DNA from: an uncultured Pseudomonadota bacterium
GTDB taxonomy: Bacteria > Oederibacteriota > Muellerivitia > Muellerivitales > Muellerivitaceae
Length of the DNA: 64,000 bases
NCBI GenBank assembly: GCA_963843375.1
Contig: CAWJKT010000006.1
Span: 256,001 to 320,000, forward strand
Reading direction: 5' to 3'
Part shown: positions 28,830 to 40,433 of the stretch, in pieces
How the letters are laid out: every line of letters begins with the position of its first letter
Numbering within the stretch: position 1 is the stretch's first letter
Translations under genes and position numbers: made by a program
The notes under the pieces: generated by a model
Told to the model about the DNA's origin: nothing
Database searches by the model: none
The model's input: only the letters and a program-made list of their open reading frames with translations

Positions 28830-31610
28830 TTATTTCGAGGAATATTCCTTCCCCTTACCTGAATGCCGGATAGCGGCCTGAGCTGCGGCCAAACGGGCGA
28901 TCGGCACACGATAAGGGGAGCAGGAGACGTAATTTAATCCTACGATATGGCAGAACTCAACGGAATTGGGATCCCCGCCGTGTTCCCCGCATATACCAAC
29001 CTTGAGTTTGGGCTTCACGGAACGGCCCTTTTCCACGCCCATCCGGACCAATTGGCCGACGCCATTGCGGTCCAGAACCTGGAATGGATCCTTCTCGTAA
29101 ATCCCGTTGTCTTGGTAATAACGAATAATCTTCGCGGTGTCATCCCGGGAAAATCCGAAGGTGGTCTGGGTGAGATCATTGGTGCCAAAACTGAAGAAAT
29201 CGGCTTCTTCGGCGATCTTATCCGCCGTGACCGCCGCCCTGGGCAGTTCAATCATGGTTCCAATCAGGTATTCCAACTTGACCCCGTACTTCTTGATGGT
29301 CTCATCGGCTATCTTGATGACGATGGCCTTTTGGTTTTTCAATTCAGCCGTGTCACCCACCAGTGGAATCATGATTTCGGGAATGATCTTCTCTCCCTTT
29401 TTCACCATCTCACAAGCCGCGCTAATGACGGCTTCGGTTTGCATTTCCGTGATTTCGGGGTAAGTGATGCCCAAACGGCAGCCCCGGTGCCCCAGCATGG
29501 GATTGAATTCGTGCAGTTCCTCCACACGGTGAAGGAGTTTCTTGGCCTTGTGCAAATCCGAGCCCTCTTCCTTGACCAGTTCCAGGGCTTTTTTGATCAT
29601 GTCATTGGAAGTCGAATTCTTACCCGAGGCTTCCATCCGAGCGATTTCCACCATCAGCTCTTCCCGCTTGGGCAGGAATTCATGAAGCGGCGGATCCAGG
29701 AACCGCACGGTCACCGGATAGCCTTCCATGGCCTCGAAGAGGCCCAGGAAGTCTGACTTTTGCATCGGCAAAAGCTTCTTTAAGGCTTCCCGGCGGGAAG
29801 CTTCGTCGGTGGCCAGAATCATGGCCTGCATATAGGGAAGACGGTCTTCGGCGAAAAACATATGTTCGGTTCGGCACAGGCCGATACCTTCAGCGCCAAA
29901 TTGACGGGCGACGATGGCGTCCCGGGGAATATCCGCGTTGGCACGTACCTTCAGGGTGCGAGCCGCATCCGCCCAGCTCATCAGGGTGGCAAAGTCGCCG
30001 GAAAGTTCCGCTTCCATCGTAGGTACTTTGCCGTTAATCACTTCCCCGGTGGAACCGTTCAGCGAAATCCAGTCGCCTTCTCCCACCGTGACGCTTCCAA
30101 CCGAGAATTTCCGGCCGTGTTCGTCGACTTTGATCGATTCGCAGCCTGCCACGCAGGTCTTGCCCATGCCGCGGGCCACGACGGCCGCATGGGAGGTCAT
30201 TCCGCCGCGGGCGGTGAGGATGCCTTCCGCCGCGTCCATTCCGTGGATGTCATCAGGGGATGTTTCCAGGCGGACCAGGATGACCTTCTTGCCCGCTTCT
30301 TTCCATTCCACCGCCACATCGGCTGTGAAAACGGCTTGGCCGGTGGCCGCTCCGGGCGAGGCCGGCAAGCCCTTGGTAATGACGTCCTTCTTGGCTTTGG
30401 GATCAAACACCGGATGGAGCAATTGGTCCAATTGAATGGGTTCCACCCTCTGGAGGGCTTCTTCCTTGGTGATGAGCTTTTCGCCCACCAAATCAATGGC
30501 GATCTTCACGGCCGCCGCCGCCGTGCGCTTACCGGTGCGGGTTTGCAGCATGAAAAGCTTGTTTTTCTCGATCGTGAACTCGAAATCCTGGATGTCACGA
30601 TAATGTTTTTCCAGCTTCTTGGTGGTATCGTAAAGCTGCTTGTAAACCTTGGGCATGTCCTTTTCCAGGTTCGAAATCGGGAGCGGTGTGCGAACACCGG
30701 CCACCACGTCCTCGCCCTGGGCGTTCAGCAAATACTCGCCGTAGAACTTCTTTTCGCCGGTCGCCGGATTACGCGTGAATCCCACTCCCGTGCCCGAATC
30801 ATCACCCATGTTTCCGAACACCATGGACTGCACATTGACGGCCGTTCCAATATTGTGGGGAATATCGTTTTGCTTGCGGTAATAAATGGCCCGGTCGTTC
30901 ATCCAGGAACGGAACACGGCGTCACGGGCTCCCCGTAATTGGGCCATGACATCCTGGGGAAAGTCCTTGCCGGTTTTCTCCTTGATGAGTTTCTTGAATT
31001 GATCAACCATTTCCTTTAAATCGGAGGCCGACAACTCGGTGTCAAGCTTTACGCCCTTTTCTTCCTTCATGTGGCCGATCACGTGTTCAAAAACTTCCTT
31101 GCCCATTTCCATGACCACGTTGCCGTACATTTGGATGAACCGGCGGTAGGAATCCCAGGCAAAACGCTCGTTATTGGTGGAAGCCACCAAACCTTTGATA
31201 GTCTCGTCATTGAGCCCCAAGTTGAGGATGGTGTCCATCATGCCGGGCATGGAAAACTTGGCGCCGGAACGAACCGAAACCAGGAGTGGATTGTTGCGGT
31301 CCCCAAATTTCTTGCTCAAGGCCTTTTCCAAACGGGCCAAATGAACCTGCATTTCCTTGTCGATGGATTCCGGAACCTTTTTGCCGCTTTCATAATAAAT
31401 CCGGCAGGTTTCGGTCGTGATCGTGAAGCCCGGGGGAACGGGAACACCCGCATTGGTCATTTCGGCTAGGCCAGCTCCCTTACCGCCCAGTTCCGCTTTC
31501 ATGGTTCCTTCGCCTTCGGCCTTTCCGTTTCCAAAAAAATAAACGAATTTTTTGGACTTGGCGCTTCCCTTGGACTTCGCGGGCGACTTTTTCTTGGCGG
31601 CTTTCGGCAT
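28830..31610 (-). CDS. ppdK: Pyruvate, phosphate dikinase
   Basis: 'LGGKGAGLAEM', 'GGMTSHAAVVAR', 'GIGLCRTEHMF', 'ICGEHGGDP'. Confidence 0.98.
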   Translation of the reverse strand: MPKAAKKKSPAKSKGSAKSKKFVYFFGNGKAEGEGTMKAELGGKGAGLAEMTNAGVPVPPGFTITTETCRIYYESGKKVPESIDKEMQVHLARLEKALSKKFGDRNNPLLVSVRSGAKFSMPGMMDTILNLGLNDETIKGLVASTNNERFAWDSYRRFIQMYGNVVMEMGKEVFEHVIGHMKEEKGVKLDTELSASDLKEMVDQFKKLIKEKTGKDFPQDVMAQLRGARDAVFRSWMNDRAIYYRKQNDIPHNIGTAVNVQSMVFGNMGDDSGTGVGFTRNPATGEKKFYGEYLLNAQGEDVVAGVRTPLPISNLEKDMPKVYKQLYDTTKKLEKHYRDIQDFEFTIEKNKLFMLQTRTGKRTAAAAVKIAIDLVGEKLITKEEALQRVEPIQLDQLLHPVFDPKAKKDVITKGLPASPGAATGQAVFTADVAVEWKEAGKKVILVRLETSPDDIHGMDAAEGILTARGGMTSHAAVVARGMGKTCVAGCESIKVDEHGRKFSVGSVTVGEGDWISLNGSTGEVINGKVPTMEAELSGDFATLMSWADAARTLKVRANADIPRDAIVARQFGAEGIGLCRTEHMFFAEDRLPYMQAMILATDEASRREALKKLLPMQKSDFLGLFEAMEGYPVTVRFLDPPLHEFLPKREELMVEIARMEASGKNSTSNDMIKKALELVKEEGSDLHKAKKLLHRVEELHEFNPMLGHRGCRLGITYPEITEMQTEAVISAACEMVKKGEKIIPEIMIPLVGDTAELKNQKAIVIKIADETIKKYGVKLEYLIGTMIELPRAAVTADKIAEEADFFSFGTNDLTQTTFGFSRDDTAKIIRYYQDNGIYEKDPFQVLDRNGVGQLVRMGVEKGRSVKPKLKVGICGEHGGDPNSVEFCHIVGLNYVSCSPYRVPIARLAAAQAAIRHSGKGKEYSSK

Positions 31611-31833
31611 TTGTACCCTCCTAAAAATGGTTAAACAGGAATATTGTCAAAAACATCGGGGCGTCCGGACCCGCGACTCAAAGGTTTTTCACAAAAGGCC
31701 CGGAAAGGGGGCTTATTGTAGCAAACCCCCTTTTGAATGCAACGAAAGCACTAAAAATAAGGAACGTACAAAACAAGGAAATTTTAGGGGTTTACAGCCT
31801 TATGGGTGCTTAACGGGATGGATGGACGGGAGT

Positions 31834-33918
31834 TTAAGAGGCATAGACCAGTTTTCTGAAATCGCAAAGAATCAAAAGAAGGTCGGCGGTCTGGCGAAGA
31901 AGGGCCAGCCGGTTGTTGCGGATCTTCGCGTTTTTATCCATCACCATCACCTTCTCAAAAAAGTCATGGATAGGTTGGACCAGGGTTTCCAAGTGGCCCA
32001 TGATATCTTCATAATAACTTTCACTTCGGCGGTCGGTATTTTCAATCAGTTCTTTAGCGAACTGGACTTTTTCAAAGAGATCCTTCTCTTCCTCGAATTT
32101 CAATAGGGCTTTGGACAGCTTATCCGAAACTTTCTTTTCAGGCAGGATCCGCAGGACACGGCCCGCCGCGGTGGCCAATTTCTGGAAATCGCCGTCCATC
32201 TTGTTATTTTGGATCGTTTCAGCTTTGGCCACCACTTCAATCAGGGAAGCCGTCTGCGTGGCCGTGGCGGCATTGATAACATCATAGGAAAGACCTTTCG
32301 TTTCCAAAACGGTTTGAAGCCTCGTTTTAAGGAATTCAAGAATATCCTTGCCTTCGTTCGGCTTGGTTTTACCCCCATATTGTTTTTGGACCGTCTGAAT
32401 CAGTTCCTCCAAGGAAACCGCGTAATGGTTTTCCAGGATAATTTGAAGAACACCCAACGCCTGACGCCGAAGCGCAAAGGGATCTTGAGAGCCGCTGGGG
32501 ATAAGTCCCGCTTTGAAACATCCCACGATGGTATCCAGTTTATCCGCCATGCTTAAAAGGGCGGCCGGGCCCGAGGCGGGCAGCTTGTCTCCTGAAAAAC
32601 GGGGGTAATAATGGAATTGGATGGCTTCCCCGACCTCGGGTCTGCCCTGCTTGGCGGCGTAAATCCCTCCCATAACACCCTGCAGACTGTTGAATTCTTT
32701 TTCGCGGATGATGTTCGTGGCCAGGTCGGCCTTGCACAGAAGTGCCGCTTCCTCCGCGTCCTTAACTTTTTCTTTCGACAAACCGCAAAGGGGTCCGAGT
32801 TTTTTGACCAGGGATGCCAGCCTTACCGATTTATCGGCCATGGTTCCCATGCCTTCCAGCCAGGTAATTCCGGAAAGCTTATCCCCCCAGGCTTGGAGGG
32901 GAAGCTTCATATCTTCCGCCACGAAGAATTTGGCATCTTCCAGACGGGCCTTAAGGGTGGACTCGTTGGACCGGATCACAACCGACTTGTCCCGGGGAGT
33001 GCCGTTGATGACGCTTATAAAATAAGGAGCCAGGTTTCCCTGGGAATCGCGGACCGCGAAATACTTCTGGTGTTCCCGCATGGCCGTCACAATGACTTGT
33101 TCAGGCAGGTCCAAATACTGGGGGTCGAAAGAACCCATGACGACGTCGGGGGATTCGATTAAATTGTTCACATCATCCAAGAGCTCGGGATCGGGAATAA
33201 CCGTGGTGTTTTTCTCCGCAGCCGCCTGCTGAATCTTGTTCCAAATGGATTGCCGGCGCTCGTCGGGCGCCGCAATGACGCCGCCCTGTCTTAAAACTTC
33301 CAGGTAATCGCTGGCTTCAACCACGTCCAAGGGTCCTTGTTTCAGGGCCCTCAAACCTCTTGTTTCCCGGCTGCTGTAAAGCCCCGCGATTTCAAAGGGA
33401 ATCACAGCCCTGGAAAAGACCGAACAAATCCACCGGATAGGCCGGGCGAAGAGGAAATCTCCGTTACCCCAGCGCTGGACTTTGGGGAACCGGATTTTCT
33501 TGATCACTTCGGGAAAAACCTCGGCCATGATCTCGGAAGTAAGCCGTCCGCCGCCCTTCTTGATAGCCACCACTACCTCGCCCTTGGGAGTCATTTTTCG
33601 TTTTAAAGAGGCCGCGGAAACACCCTGGGCCTTGGCAAAACCCTCGCCCGCCCGGGTCGGCAGGCCGTGCTCGTCGAAAGCCACCGATACCAGCGGACCC
33701 GTGACTTCCTTGCTCGAATCCTGCTGCATTTCGGGCAACCCCTTGAAGAAAAGGGTCAGCCGCCGGGGCGTGTAATAGGTATAGAGATGCTGATAGGAAA
33801 TGCGGTGGTCACGCAAGGAAGCTTCCGCCGCCGCAACCATCTGATCGATGGCCGGGCGGATATAGGAGGAAGGGAGTTCCTCGCATCCAATCTCAAGTAC
33901 GGCGTCCTTCAGGATCAT
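31834..33918 (-). CDS. glyS: Glycine--tRNA ligase beta subunit
   Basis: 'LEIGCEELP', 'TPRRL', 'FARPIRW', 'SGSQDPFALRR', 'IRNNRLALL'. Confidence 0.95.
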   Translation of the reverse strand: MILKDAVLEIGCEELPSSYIRPAIDQMVAAAEASLRDHRISYQHLYTYYTPRRLTLFFKGLPEMQQDSSKEVTGPLVSVAFDEHGLPTRAGEGFAKAQGVSAASLKRKMTPKGEVVVAIKKGGGRLTSEIMAEVFPEVIKKIRFPKVQRWGNGDFLFARPIRWICSVFSRAVIPFEIAGLYSSRETRGLRALKQGPLDVVEASDYLEVLRQGGVIAAPDERRQSIWNKIQQAAAEKNTTVIPDPELLDDVNNLIESPDVVMGSFDPQYLDLPEQVIVTAMREHQKYFAVRDSQGNLAPYFISVINGTPRDKSVVIRSNESTLKARLEDAKFFVAEDMKLPLQAWGDKLSGITWLEGMGTMADKSVRLASLVKKLGPLCGLSKEKVKDAEEAALLCKADLATNIIREKEFNSLQGVMGGIYAAKQGRPEVGEAIQFHYYPRFSGDKLPASGPAALLSMADKLDTIVGCFKAGLIPSGSQDPFALRRQALGVLQIILENHYAVSLEELIQTVQKQYGGKTKPNEGKDILEFLKTRLQTVLETKGLSYDVINAATATQTASLIEVVAKAETIQNNKMDGDFQKLATAAGRVLRILPEKKVSDKLSKALLKFEEEKDLFEKVQFAKELIENTDRRSESYYEDIMGHLETLVQPIHDFFEKVMVMDKNAKIRNNRLALLRQTADLLLILCDFRKLVYAS

Positions 33919-33946
33919 CCAAAACCCCAATTCTTAATTTTGAATC

Positions 33947-34830
33947 CTAAGATTTACGAATTAGCGGAAATCCCAGTTCTTCCCTTTCTTTCACGTAAGC
34001 CGTGGCAACCGCCCTGGCCATTCCCCGAACCCTGGCAATGTAATTCGTGCGTTCAGCCACCGATATGGCCCCTCGGGCATCCAACAAGATTGAAGGTATG
34101 GGACGCCTTGATGACGTAATCATAAGCCGGGGCGGTTAGTTGGAGTTCCAAAAGGCGCCGCACTTCGCCTTCATAATCCTTGAAATGCCTCAGGAGCATT
34201 TTGGTATTGGCGTGCTCGAAATTGAAAGCCGAGAACTGTTTTTCGCTTTGAAGGAAAATATCCCGGTAAGTAATACCCTTGCCGCCATAATTCAAATCCC
34301 AGACGCTGTCCACGCCCTGGATGACGGTGGCGATACGCTCAAGCCCGAAGGTGATTTCCCCGGAAACGGGCTTCAGTTCCAAGCCCGCCGGTCGTCTGGA
34401 AAAAGGTGAACTGGGTGATCTCAATGCCGTCCATCCAGACCTGCCAGCCCAAACCGGAAGCCCCCAGGGTGGGCGATTCCCAATCGTCCTCCACGAAACG
34501 GATGTCATGCTCATCCTGACGGATGCCGATCTGTTCAAGACTTTCCAGGTAAAGCTCCACCATGTTTTCAGGCGAAGGTTTCAGGATGATCTGGTACTGG
34601 TAGTAATGCTGCATGCGGTTGGGGTTTTCGCCGTAACGGCCGTCCTTGGGCCGGCGGCAGGGGTCCACATAGGCCACGTGGTAAGGTTCGGGGCCCAAGA
34701 CACGGAAGAAAGTGGCGGGATTGAAGGTGCCGGCTCCCTTTTCCAGGTCGTAAGGCTGTTGGACGACGCAACCCTGGTGGCTCCAATATTGGTTAAGGGT
34801 AAAGATGAGTTCCTGAAATGAAAGCGCCAT
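33947..34830 (-). CDS. glyQ: Glycine--tRNA ligase alpha subunit (apparent frameshifts)
   Basis: '[10 protein letters not shown]', '[10 protein letters not shown]', then '[10 protein letters not shown]' and 'KASHTFN' in other frames; ends ..GFPLIRKS*. Confidence 0.93.
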
Positions 34831-34978
34831 TAGGGTCCTGTTACGGAAATCTGGGTCGGTTTGAAAAAAATACGGGATTTACACCTTATTCGCAAGCTAA
34901 AAACGGGATAAAAGAGGAGGTTTAAAATCATTTCAGCGGGTAAAAGGGCCGGTCCGGGTAAATCGTGGGGCAAAAGGC

Positions 34979-35008
34979 AAAAAAAAAGCCCCCGAAAACT
35001 CGAGGGCT
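34979..35008 (-). terminator. Intrinsic terminator after the cold-shock gene
   Basis: AGCCC..GGGCT stem followed by T-tract on minus strand. Confidence 0.6.
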
Positions 35009-35029
35009 TAACAACCTTGGCTAAATCGT

Positions 35030-35230
35030 TTAGATCTTGCGGACGTTTTCAGCCTTCAGACCCTTCTGGCCTTGGGTGACTTCGAATTCAACGCGGTCCC
35101 CCTCGTTTAAAGTCTTGAAGCCATCGTTCTGAATGGACGAGTAATGCACGAATACATCCTCGCCGCCATCCTGGGAGATAAAACCAAAACCCTTTTCGTT
35201 CTTAAACCACTTCACGGTTCCTTGAGCCAT
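35030..35230 (-). CDS. Cold-shock protein
   Basis: 'GTVKWF..KGFGFI...DVFVHYS'. Confidence 0.96.
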   Translation of the reverse strand: MAQGTVKWFKNEKGFGFISQDGGEDVFVHYSSIQNDGFKTLNEGDRVEFEVTQGQKGLKAENVRKI

Positions 35231-35550
35231 TTCGACAACCTCTAAATAAAATTTTACTTCCTTCCGGGGATGGACCCTCAGAAGGCACTCATATTACTGA
35301 AAAGCCAACTTTTGAAAACTTTTTAATTTTTTCTGAATACGTTTTTAGAGGATTAAGAAACCGTTAAGGCGAGGAAAGAAAATTCCAGAAGAACGATGCC
35401 AACCACAAAGATCGTTCCCAAAATAAACCAGCCCCATCCGTCGGTTAAAGGCGCCCCCAAAGGGGTTTCTTAGCAGGCCAAACCTGGATGGCATCCCCGT
35501 TTTGGGGCTCCAATTGGTCCGGCCAGGCAGGATAGAGGCAATAGATTTTG

Positions 35551-35838
35551 TCATTGAAGATTTCGAGTTGGGAGCCCCTTCTTTTTGGGCGCTGAAGAGT
35601 TTTGGTTATCAACGTTGACTTGGAATAAGCCTCCGACTCGACAACCGGTTTTCAATTTTCCAATGTGGTTAAAAACAGCGGACACTTTGGCGTCCTTCCC
35701 GCCCTGGCCCGTGACCAAGGAGATCAATGGATAGGCCAGGAAAAGCACCGCTATAAAAAAGAAAACAATGGCTAAAACAACCCCCAATGATTTCACGACA
35801 ATAAAACGCAATAACGATTTCCAATTAAAAGAGGACAT
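35551..35838 (-). CDS. Hypothetical membrane-anchored protein (may continue into 35345..35554)
   Basis: N-terminal hydrophobic helix; no recognised motif. Confidence 0.4.
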   Translation of the reverse strand: MSSFNWKSLLRFIVVKSLGVVLAIVFFFIAVLFLAYPLISLVTGQGGKDAKVSAVFNHIGKLKTGCRVGGLFQVNVDNQNSSAPKKKGLPTRNLQ

Positions 35839-36000
35839 TCATAACCCCGCACTTGGGATGGGCAACGAAAGCGGATTTATTCTATAAGAGAAGGGCGAAA
35901 AGTTCCCACACTTTTTATTCAAGAATGGGTTGTGCCTTTTCCTTATTTTTTTGGACGGAAGGATTCGATTTTAACGATGCGGGAACCAGTCTAAAAAACT

Positions 36001-36567
36001 TTACATCATTCCCAATTGAAGCCGGGCGGCTTCGGTCATAAGGGATTGGTTCCAGGGGGGCTCGAAGGTGACTTCGACATAAGCTTCCTTGACCCCTTGG
36101 ATCCGGCTGAGCTTTTGCTCGATCTCGGTTTTCAGCACCGTGGACATGCCGCAACCCGGCGCAGTTAAGGTCATGACGACATCAACTTTTTTCCCGCCTT
36201 TCGGGTGGGAGCTGATCTTGCAGCTATAGATGAGTCCCAATTCAACGATATCCACCGGAATCTCGGGGTCGTAGCAGGTTTTGAGCTGAGTCCAAACGTC
36301 CTTTTCCACTTCCTTTTCGTCCCGTGGTGTTTCGTCGCCATATTCAATCTTGAATACCTTGGCTTCTGCGGGGATTTCCTTGCCCAACGCGTCCGCGTCG
36401 CGCCCATCAATACGCACCAATTGGCCGTTGTCCCTTTGAACGGTGAAACTGCCCCCTAAAGTTTGGGTGATATAAACCTTCTCATCCTTAAACAGCAGCG
36501 TTTCCGTTCCATAAGGGATGGTAATGGCCTTGGCGTCCTTGGTGACCGTCACTAGTTCTTGACTCAT
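36001..36567 (-). CDS. sufT: Fe-S cluster assembly protein SufT (DUF59/PaaD-like)
   Basis: 'TQTLGGSFTV', 'YDPEIPVDIVELGLIY', 'MTLTAPGCGM'; last gene of suf operon. Confidence 0.88.
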   Translation of the reverse strand: MSQELVTVTKDAKAITIPYGTETLLFKDEKVYITQTLGGSFTVQRDNGQLVRIDGRDADALGKEIPAEAKVFKIEYGDETPRDEKEVEKDVWTQLKTCYDPEIPVDIVELGLIYSCKISSHPKGGKKVDVVMTLTAPGCGMSTVLKTEIEQKLSRIQGVKEAYVEVTFEPPWNQSLMTEAARLQLGMM

Positions 36568-37028
36568 GGATCCACCCCGTCATCCGTGGATACCACGGAT
36601 TTCTCGTCATGAAGAGCCGCTTCCAGGGTGTGCCAGGCTAAACTGGCGCATTTGACACGGGCGGGATAATCCCGGACTCCCGCGAATACCTTTAGTTTAC
36701 CCAGGTCGGCCGGAACCTTTTCTTCCTTGCCCATGACCATGTCGTGGAACTGGTTGAAGATCTTCTCGGCCTCGGCGGTTTTCTTTCCCTTCAAGGCCAT
36801 CGTCATCATGGAAGCCGATGCCTTTGAAATGGCGCATCCCGAACCCTTGAATTTCAGGTCCTCAATAACGCCTTCACCGTTCACCTTAAGGTCCAAGGCA
36901 ATCTTGTCTCCACACAGGGGGTTAAAGCCATCCGCATGATGATTGGCATCGGATAAATCCCCGAAATTACGCGGATTTTTCTGGTGATCCAGAATTAAAT
37001 CCTGATAAAGATCGCTGAAATCGGACAT
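36564..37028 (-). CDS. sufU: SufU (NifU-like) sulfur-transfer protein
   Basis: 'LYQDLILDH', 'NPLCGD', 'GCAISKAS', 'RVKCA'. Confidence 0.93.
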   Translation of the reverse strand: MSDFSDLYQDLILDHQKNPRNFGDLSDANHHADGFNPLCGDKIALDLKVNGEGVIEDLKFKGSGCAISKASASMMTMALKGKKTAEAEKIFNQFHDMVMGKEEKVPADLGKLKVFAGVRDYPARVKCASLAWHTLEAALHDEKSVVSTDDGVDP

Positions 37029-38295
37029 TACTTAAAAACCTCCATGACTTTTCGCACCGCCTTGGCCAATAGGTCGATTTCATGACGGGTGTTATAAAGG
37101 GCGAAGGAAGCCCTGGCGGTGGCGGGGATTTGATATCGATCCATGACCGGTTGGGCGCAATGATGTCCAGCCCGGATGGCAACTCCCTGCCGGTCCAGGA
37201 TGGTGCCGATGTCGTGCGGATGAATTTCACCCAGGGTGAAGGAAAGCACGCCCGCTTTATGCCTGGCCGTTCCCACCAGCCGAAGGCCGGGAATTTCCTG
37301 GAGTTTTTGAGTCCCATAAACGAGCAAATCCCGTTCATGGGCGGAAATGGTATTCAGGCCGATCTTCGAAACATAATCCAGAGCCGAGCCCAGGCCAATG
37401 ACTCCGGCGATATGCGGCGTACCCGCCTCGAATTTGTGGGGCGGCTTCTTATAGGAGGTCTTCTCAAAGGTGACCGAGGAAATCATGTCTCCCCCACCCT
37501 GATAAGGCGGCATCGAATCCAAAAGGGAATACTTTCCGTACAATACCCCGATTCCCGTGGGTCCATAAATTTTATGTCCAGAGAAAACGTAAAAATCGCA
37601 ATCCAGTTGTTGAACATCAACCCCCTGATGCGGAACGGCCTGGGCCCCATCCACCAGCACCTTGACCCCTTTTTCGTGGGCCGTCTTGACGATTTCAGCG
37701 ATGGGATTAACCGTGCCCAAAGCGTTGGAAACATGGGTTAGGGCCAACAATTTGGTTTTAGGGGTGAAGAGTTTCCAAAGTTCCGCAAGGATCAATTCGC
37801 CCGCATCGTTGATGGGGGCCACCTTCAAAAGAGCGCCCTTTTCTTCGCAAAGCATCTGCCAGGGAACGATGTTGGAATGATGTTCCATGTGGGTCACGAT
37901 GATTTCGTCCGCCGGCCCCTATGTTTTTTCGGCCCCAGGTCTGGGCCACCAGATTGATTCCCTCCGTGGCGCCCCGGGTAAAGATGATTTCCCGGGAATC
38001 GGCGGCATTTAGGAATTTTTGAATTTTGATTCTTGCTCCTTCGTAAGCCGCGGTGGCCTTTTCGCTCAATAAATGCAGGCCCCGGTGAATATTGGAATTG
38101 TATTCGCGGTAATAATCGTCCAGGGCTTCGATGACCCAAAGGGGTTTTTGGGTGGTGGCGGCGTTATCCAAATAAACCAGCTGTTTCCCATGGACCTTTT
38201 CCTTGAGGATAGGAAAATCCTTGCGGATTTTTTCCACATTCAAAAGTCCGATTTCCGGTTTTATCTTTTTGTCGAGGGGGTGTCTTTGTTTTCAT
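37028..38295 (-). CDS. sufS: Cysteine desulfurase SufS (apparent frameshifts; start approximate)
   Basis: 'YLDNAATTQKP', 'EHHSN', 'SGHK', 'RAGHHCA'. Confidence 0.93.
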
Positions 38296-39605
38296 GTCTT
38301 TCCCTCCATCCATTCCCCGACCATCCGGCGAATAGGGGTTTAAGATAATCGTCGGAGAGCCGGTCCACCATTTCGCCCGCGAAAGCGTTGACCAGGGTGC
38401 GCTTGGCTTCTTCCCGATTGATCCCCCGGGATTGGAAATAAAAAAGGGCTTCCTGGTCCAACTGTCCCGTCGCCGAACCATGGGAACATTTCACGTCATC
38501 CGCGTAAATTTGGAGTTGAGGCTTGGAATAAGATCTCTGGCTTCCCTGGAAAGTTCCAGGTTTTTGTTGGACTGTCGGGCATCGGTCTTTTGGGCGTTTT
38601 CCCGCACCAGGACCCGGCCGTCAAAAATGGCGGTGGCCTTTTTATCCGCAACAGCCTTGAAGACTTGTTCGCTTTTACAGGAGGGCGAAAGATGGTCCAC
38701 GAAGGTGTGGATATCCAGGTTTTGCTTGCCGGTGGAAAGGGCCAAGCCTTCCAATAGGCACTCGGCCTTCTTCTCGGACAGGACCGTTTCCACTTCGCTG
38801 CGCCCACAGCGCCGCCCAGGGAAAAAATCCGGGATACCAGACGGCTGCCCTCATTTTGCTGGGCCGCCAAGACTCCGATGTGGTAAGCCAAGTCGCTTTC
38901 TTGTTGGATCTTGGTGTGTTCCAGGAAAGCGCCATGGGCAAGGGAAACTTTCGTGACGGCGTTGGTGAAATAAGGACTCAAATTATTGCCCCAATAATGC
39001 TCGATGACCTTCGCCTGGCAATCCTCTTCCATCAGGATAAGGTTGCGGATATGGGATTGGGTCGGCTTTGCCCGAATTACTGGAAAGGTAGACGACATGC
39101 AAGGGTCTTGAGGAGCTTTTCCCCGGGCGACATGCAGGAAAAGCCCGTCGGTGAAATAGGCGTAATTCAAGGCCACAAAGGGGTGGTTTTCCGGGGACAG
39201 AATATGCCCAAAGTAGCGTTTCAAGGGGCCGTCGGACAGGCTTTCGATAAGACTTCGAAGCTTGACCCCTAGGGGCGGTTCGCTCAGATGGGAAAGGGTC
39301 CTGGAGAAATGCCCGTTCACGAAAACCATCAAATCGGCCTTGTCGACGTCAAATCCGTCGGACTTTGAGCTCGGCGACCACCGCTTCCTTGGAAGGCTTG
39401 TCTGGCCGTCAGGTCAAAGGGAATCTGGTAAAAGGAATCCAACGGCGCGTATTTCCAAGATTCATCCGTCGAATCAGGAAATCCTTTCTTGTCAATAAGG
39501 GCCAAGGGCCTTCTCCCGGGTCTCTTGAATCCAGAAAGGGTCTTTGGTGAGGGCGGTCTTTTCCCAATCGGAAAAAGTCGCCAGATATGAATTTTTAACT
39601 TCCAT
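38261..39605 (-). CDS. sufD: Fe-S assembly protein SufD (several apparent frameshifts)
   Basis: Fragments 'VFVNG', 'FDGRVLV...QKTDARQSNKNL', 'CSHGSATGQLD..ALFY..SRGI'. Confidence 0.85.
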
Positions 39606-39610
39606 GGCGT

Positions 39611-40384
39611 TCATCCGATGGCCGCTTCTTTCTTTTCGATTCCGGTAATCCAGCCATAGCCCTTTTCTTCCAATTCCAGGGCCAGTTCCTTGCCGCCCGA
39701 CTTCACGATGCGGCCCTGGGCCAAAACATGGACCTTGTCCGGAACGATGTAATCCAATAGACGCTGGTAATGGGTCACCAAAAGGAAGGACCGGTCTTTG
39801 TTCTTGAGGGCGTTAACCCCGTCGGCCACCACTTTCAAAGCGTCGATATCCAGTCCCGAATCGGTCTCGTCCAAAATCGCCAGTTTGGGTTCCAAGACCG
39901 CCATCTGGAGAATCTCATTCTTCTTCTTTTCGCCGCCCGAAAAGCCCTCGTTCACCGCGCGTTGCAGCATGGTCTCGTCCATCTTGAGGGGTTTCAGTTT
40001 GGCCTTCACCAGGTCGAGAAAGTCCATGGCGTCCAGTTCTTCCATGCCCTTGGACTTGCGGATGGCGTTCAAAGCCGCTTTCAGGAAATAGGTATTGTTC
40101 ACTCCGGGGATTTCCACCGGATATTGGAAAGCCAGGAATACTCCGGCCCGGGCCCTGTCTTCCGGCGATAGGGCAAGGAGGTCTTTCCCCTCAAAGAGGA
40201 CTTCCCCGCCGGTGATTTGATAACCTTCCCGGCCCGCCAAGACGTGGGCCAGGGTGCTTTTACCCGAACCGTTGGGCCCCATGATGGCGTGCACTTCTCC
40301 GGGCTTCACCGTCAGGTTGATCCCCTTGAGAATTTCCTTTTCTTCAACTCTTGCTTGCAGGTTTTTGATTTCTAACATTTTCAT
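39611..40384 (-). CDS. sufC: Fe-S assembly ATPase SufC
   Basis: 'GPNGSGKST', '[10 protein letters not shown]', 'GFSGGEKK', 'DETDSGLD'. Confidence 0.97.
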   Translation of the reverse strand: MKMLEIKNLQARVEEKEILKGINLTVKPGEVHAIMGPNGSGKSTLAHVLAGREGYQITGGEVLFEGKDLLALSPEDRARAGVFLAFQYPVEIPGVNNTYFLKAALNAIRKSKGMEELDAMDFLDLVKAKLKPLKMDETMLQRAVNEGFSGGEKKKNEILQMAVLEPKLAILDETDSGLDIDALKVVADGVNALKNKDRSFLLVTHYQRLLDYIVPDKVHVLAQGRIVKSGGKELALELEEKGYGWITGIEKKEAAIG

Positions 40385-40433
40385 TCCTTATATTTTGATC
40401 CGTGTCCCTCCAATCGGCGGTTGCTTGATTCCT

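Noticed and set aside
28968..28985. GGGATCCCCGCCGTG resembling the right arm of the array site
   Set aside because: Encodes the conserved EHGGDP motif of PpdK; no left arm
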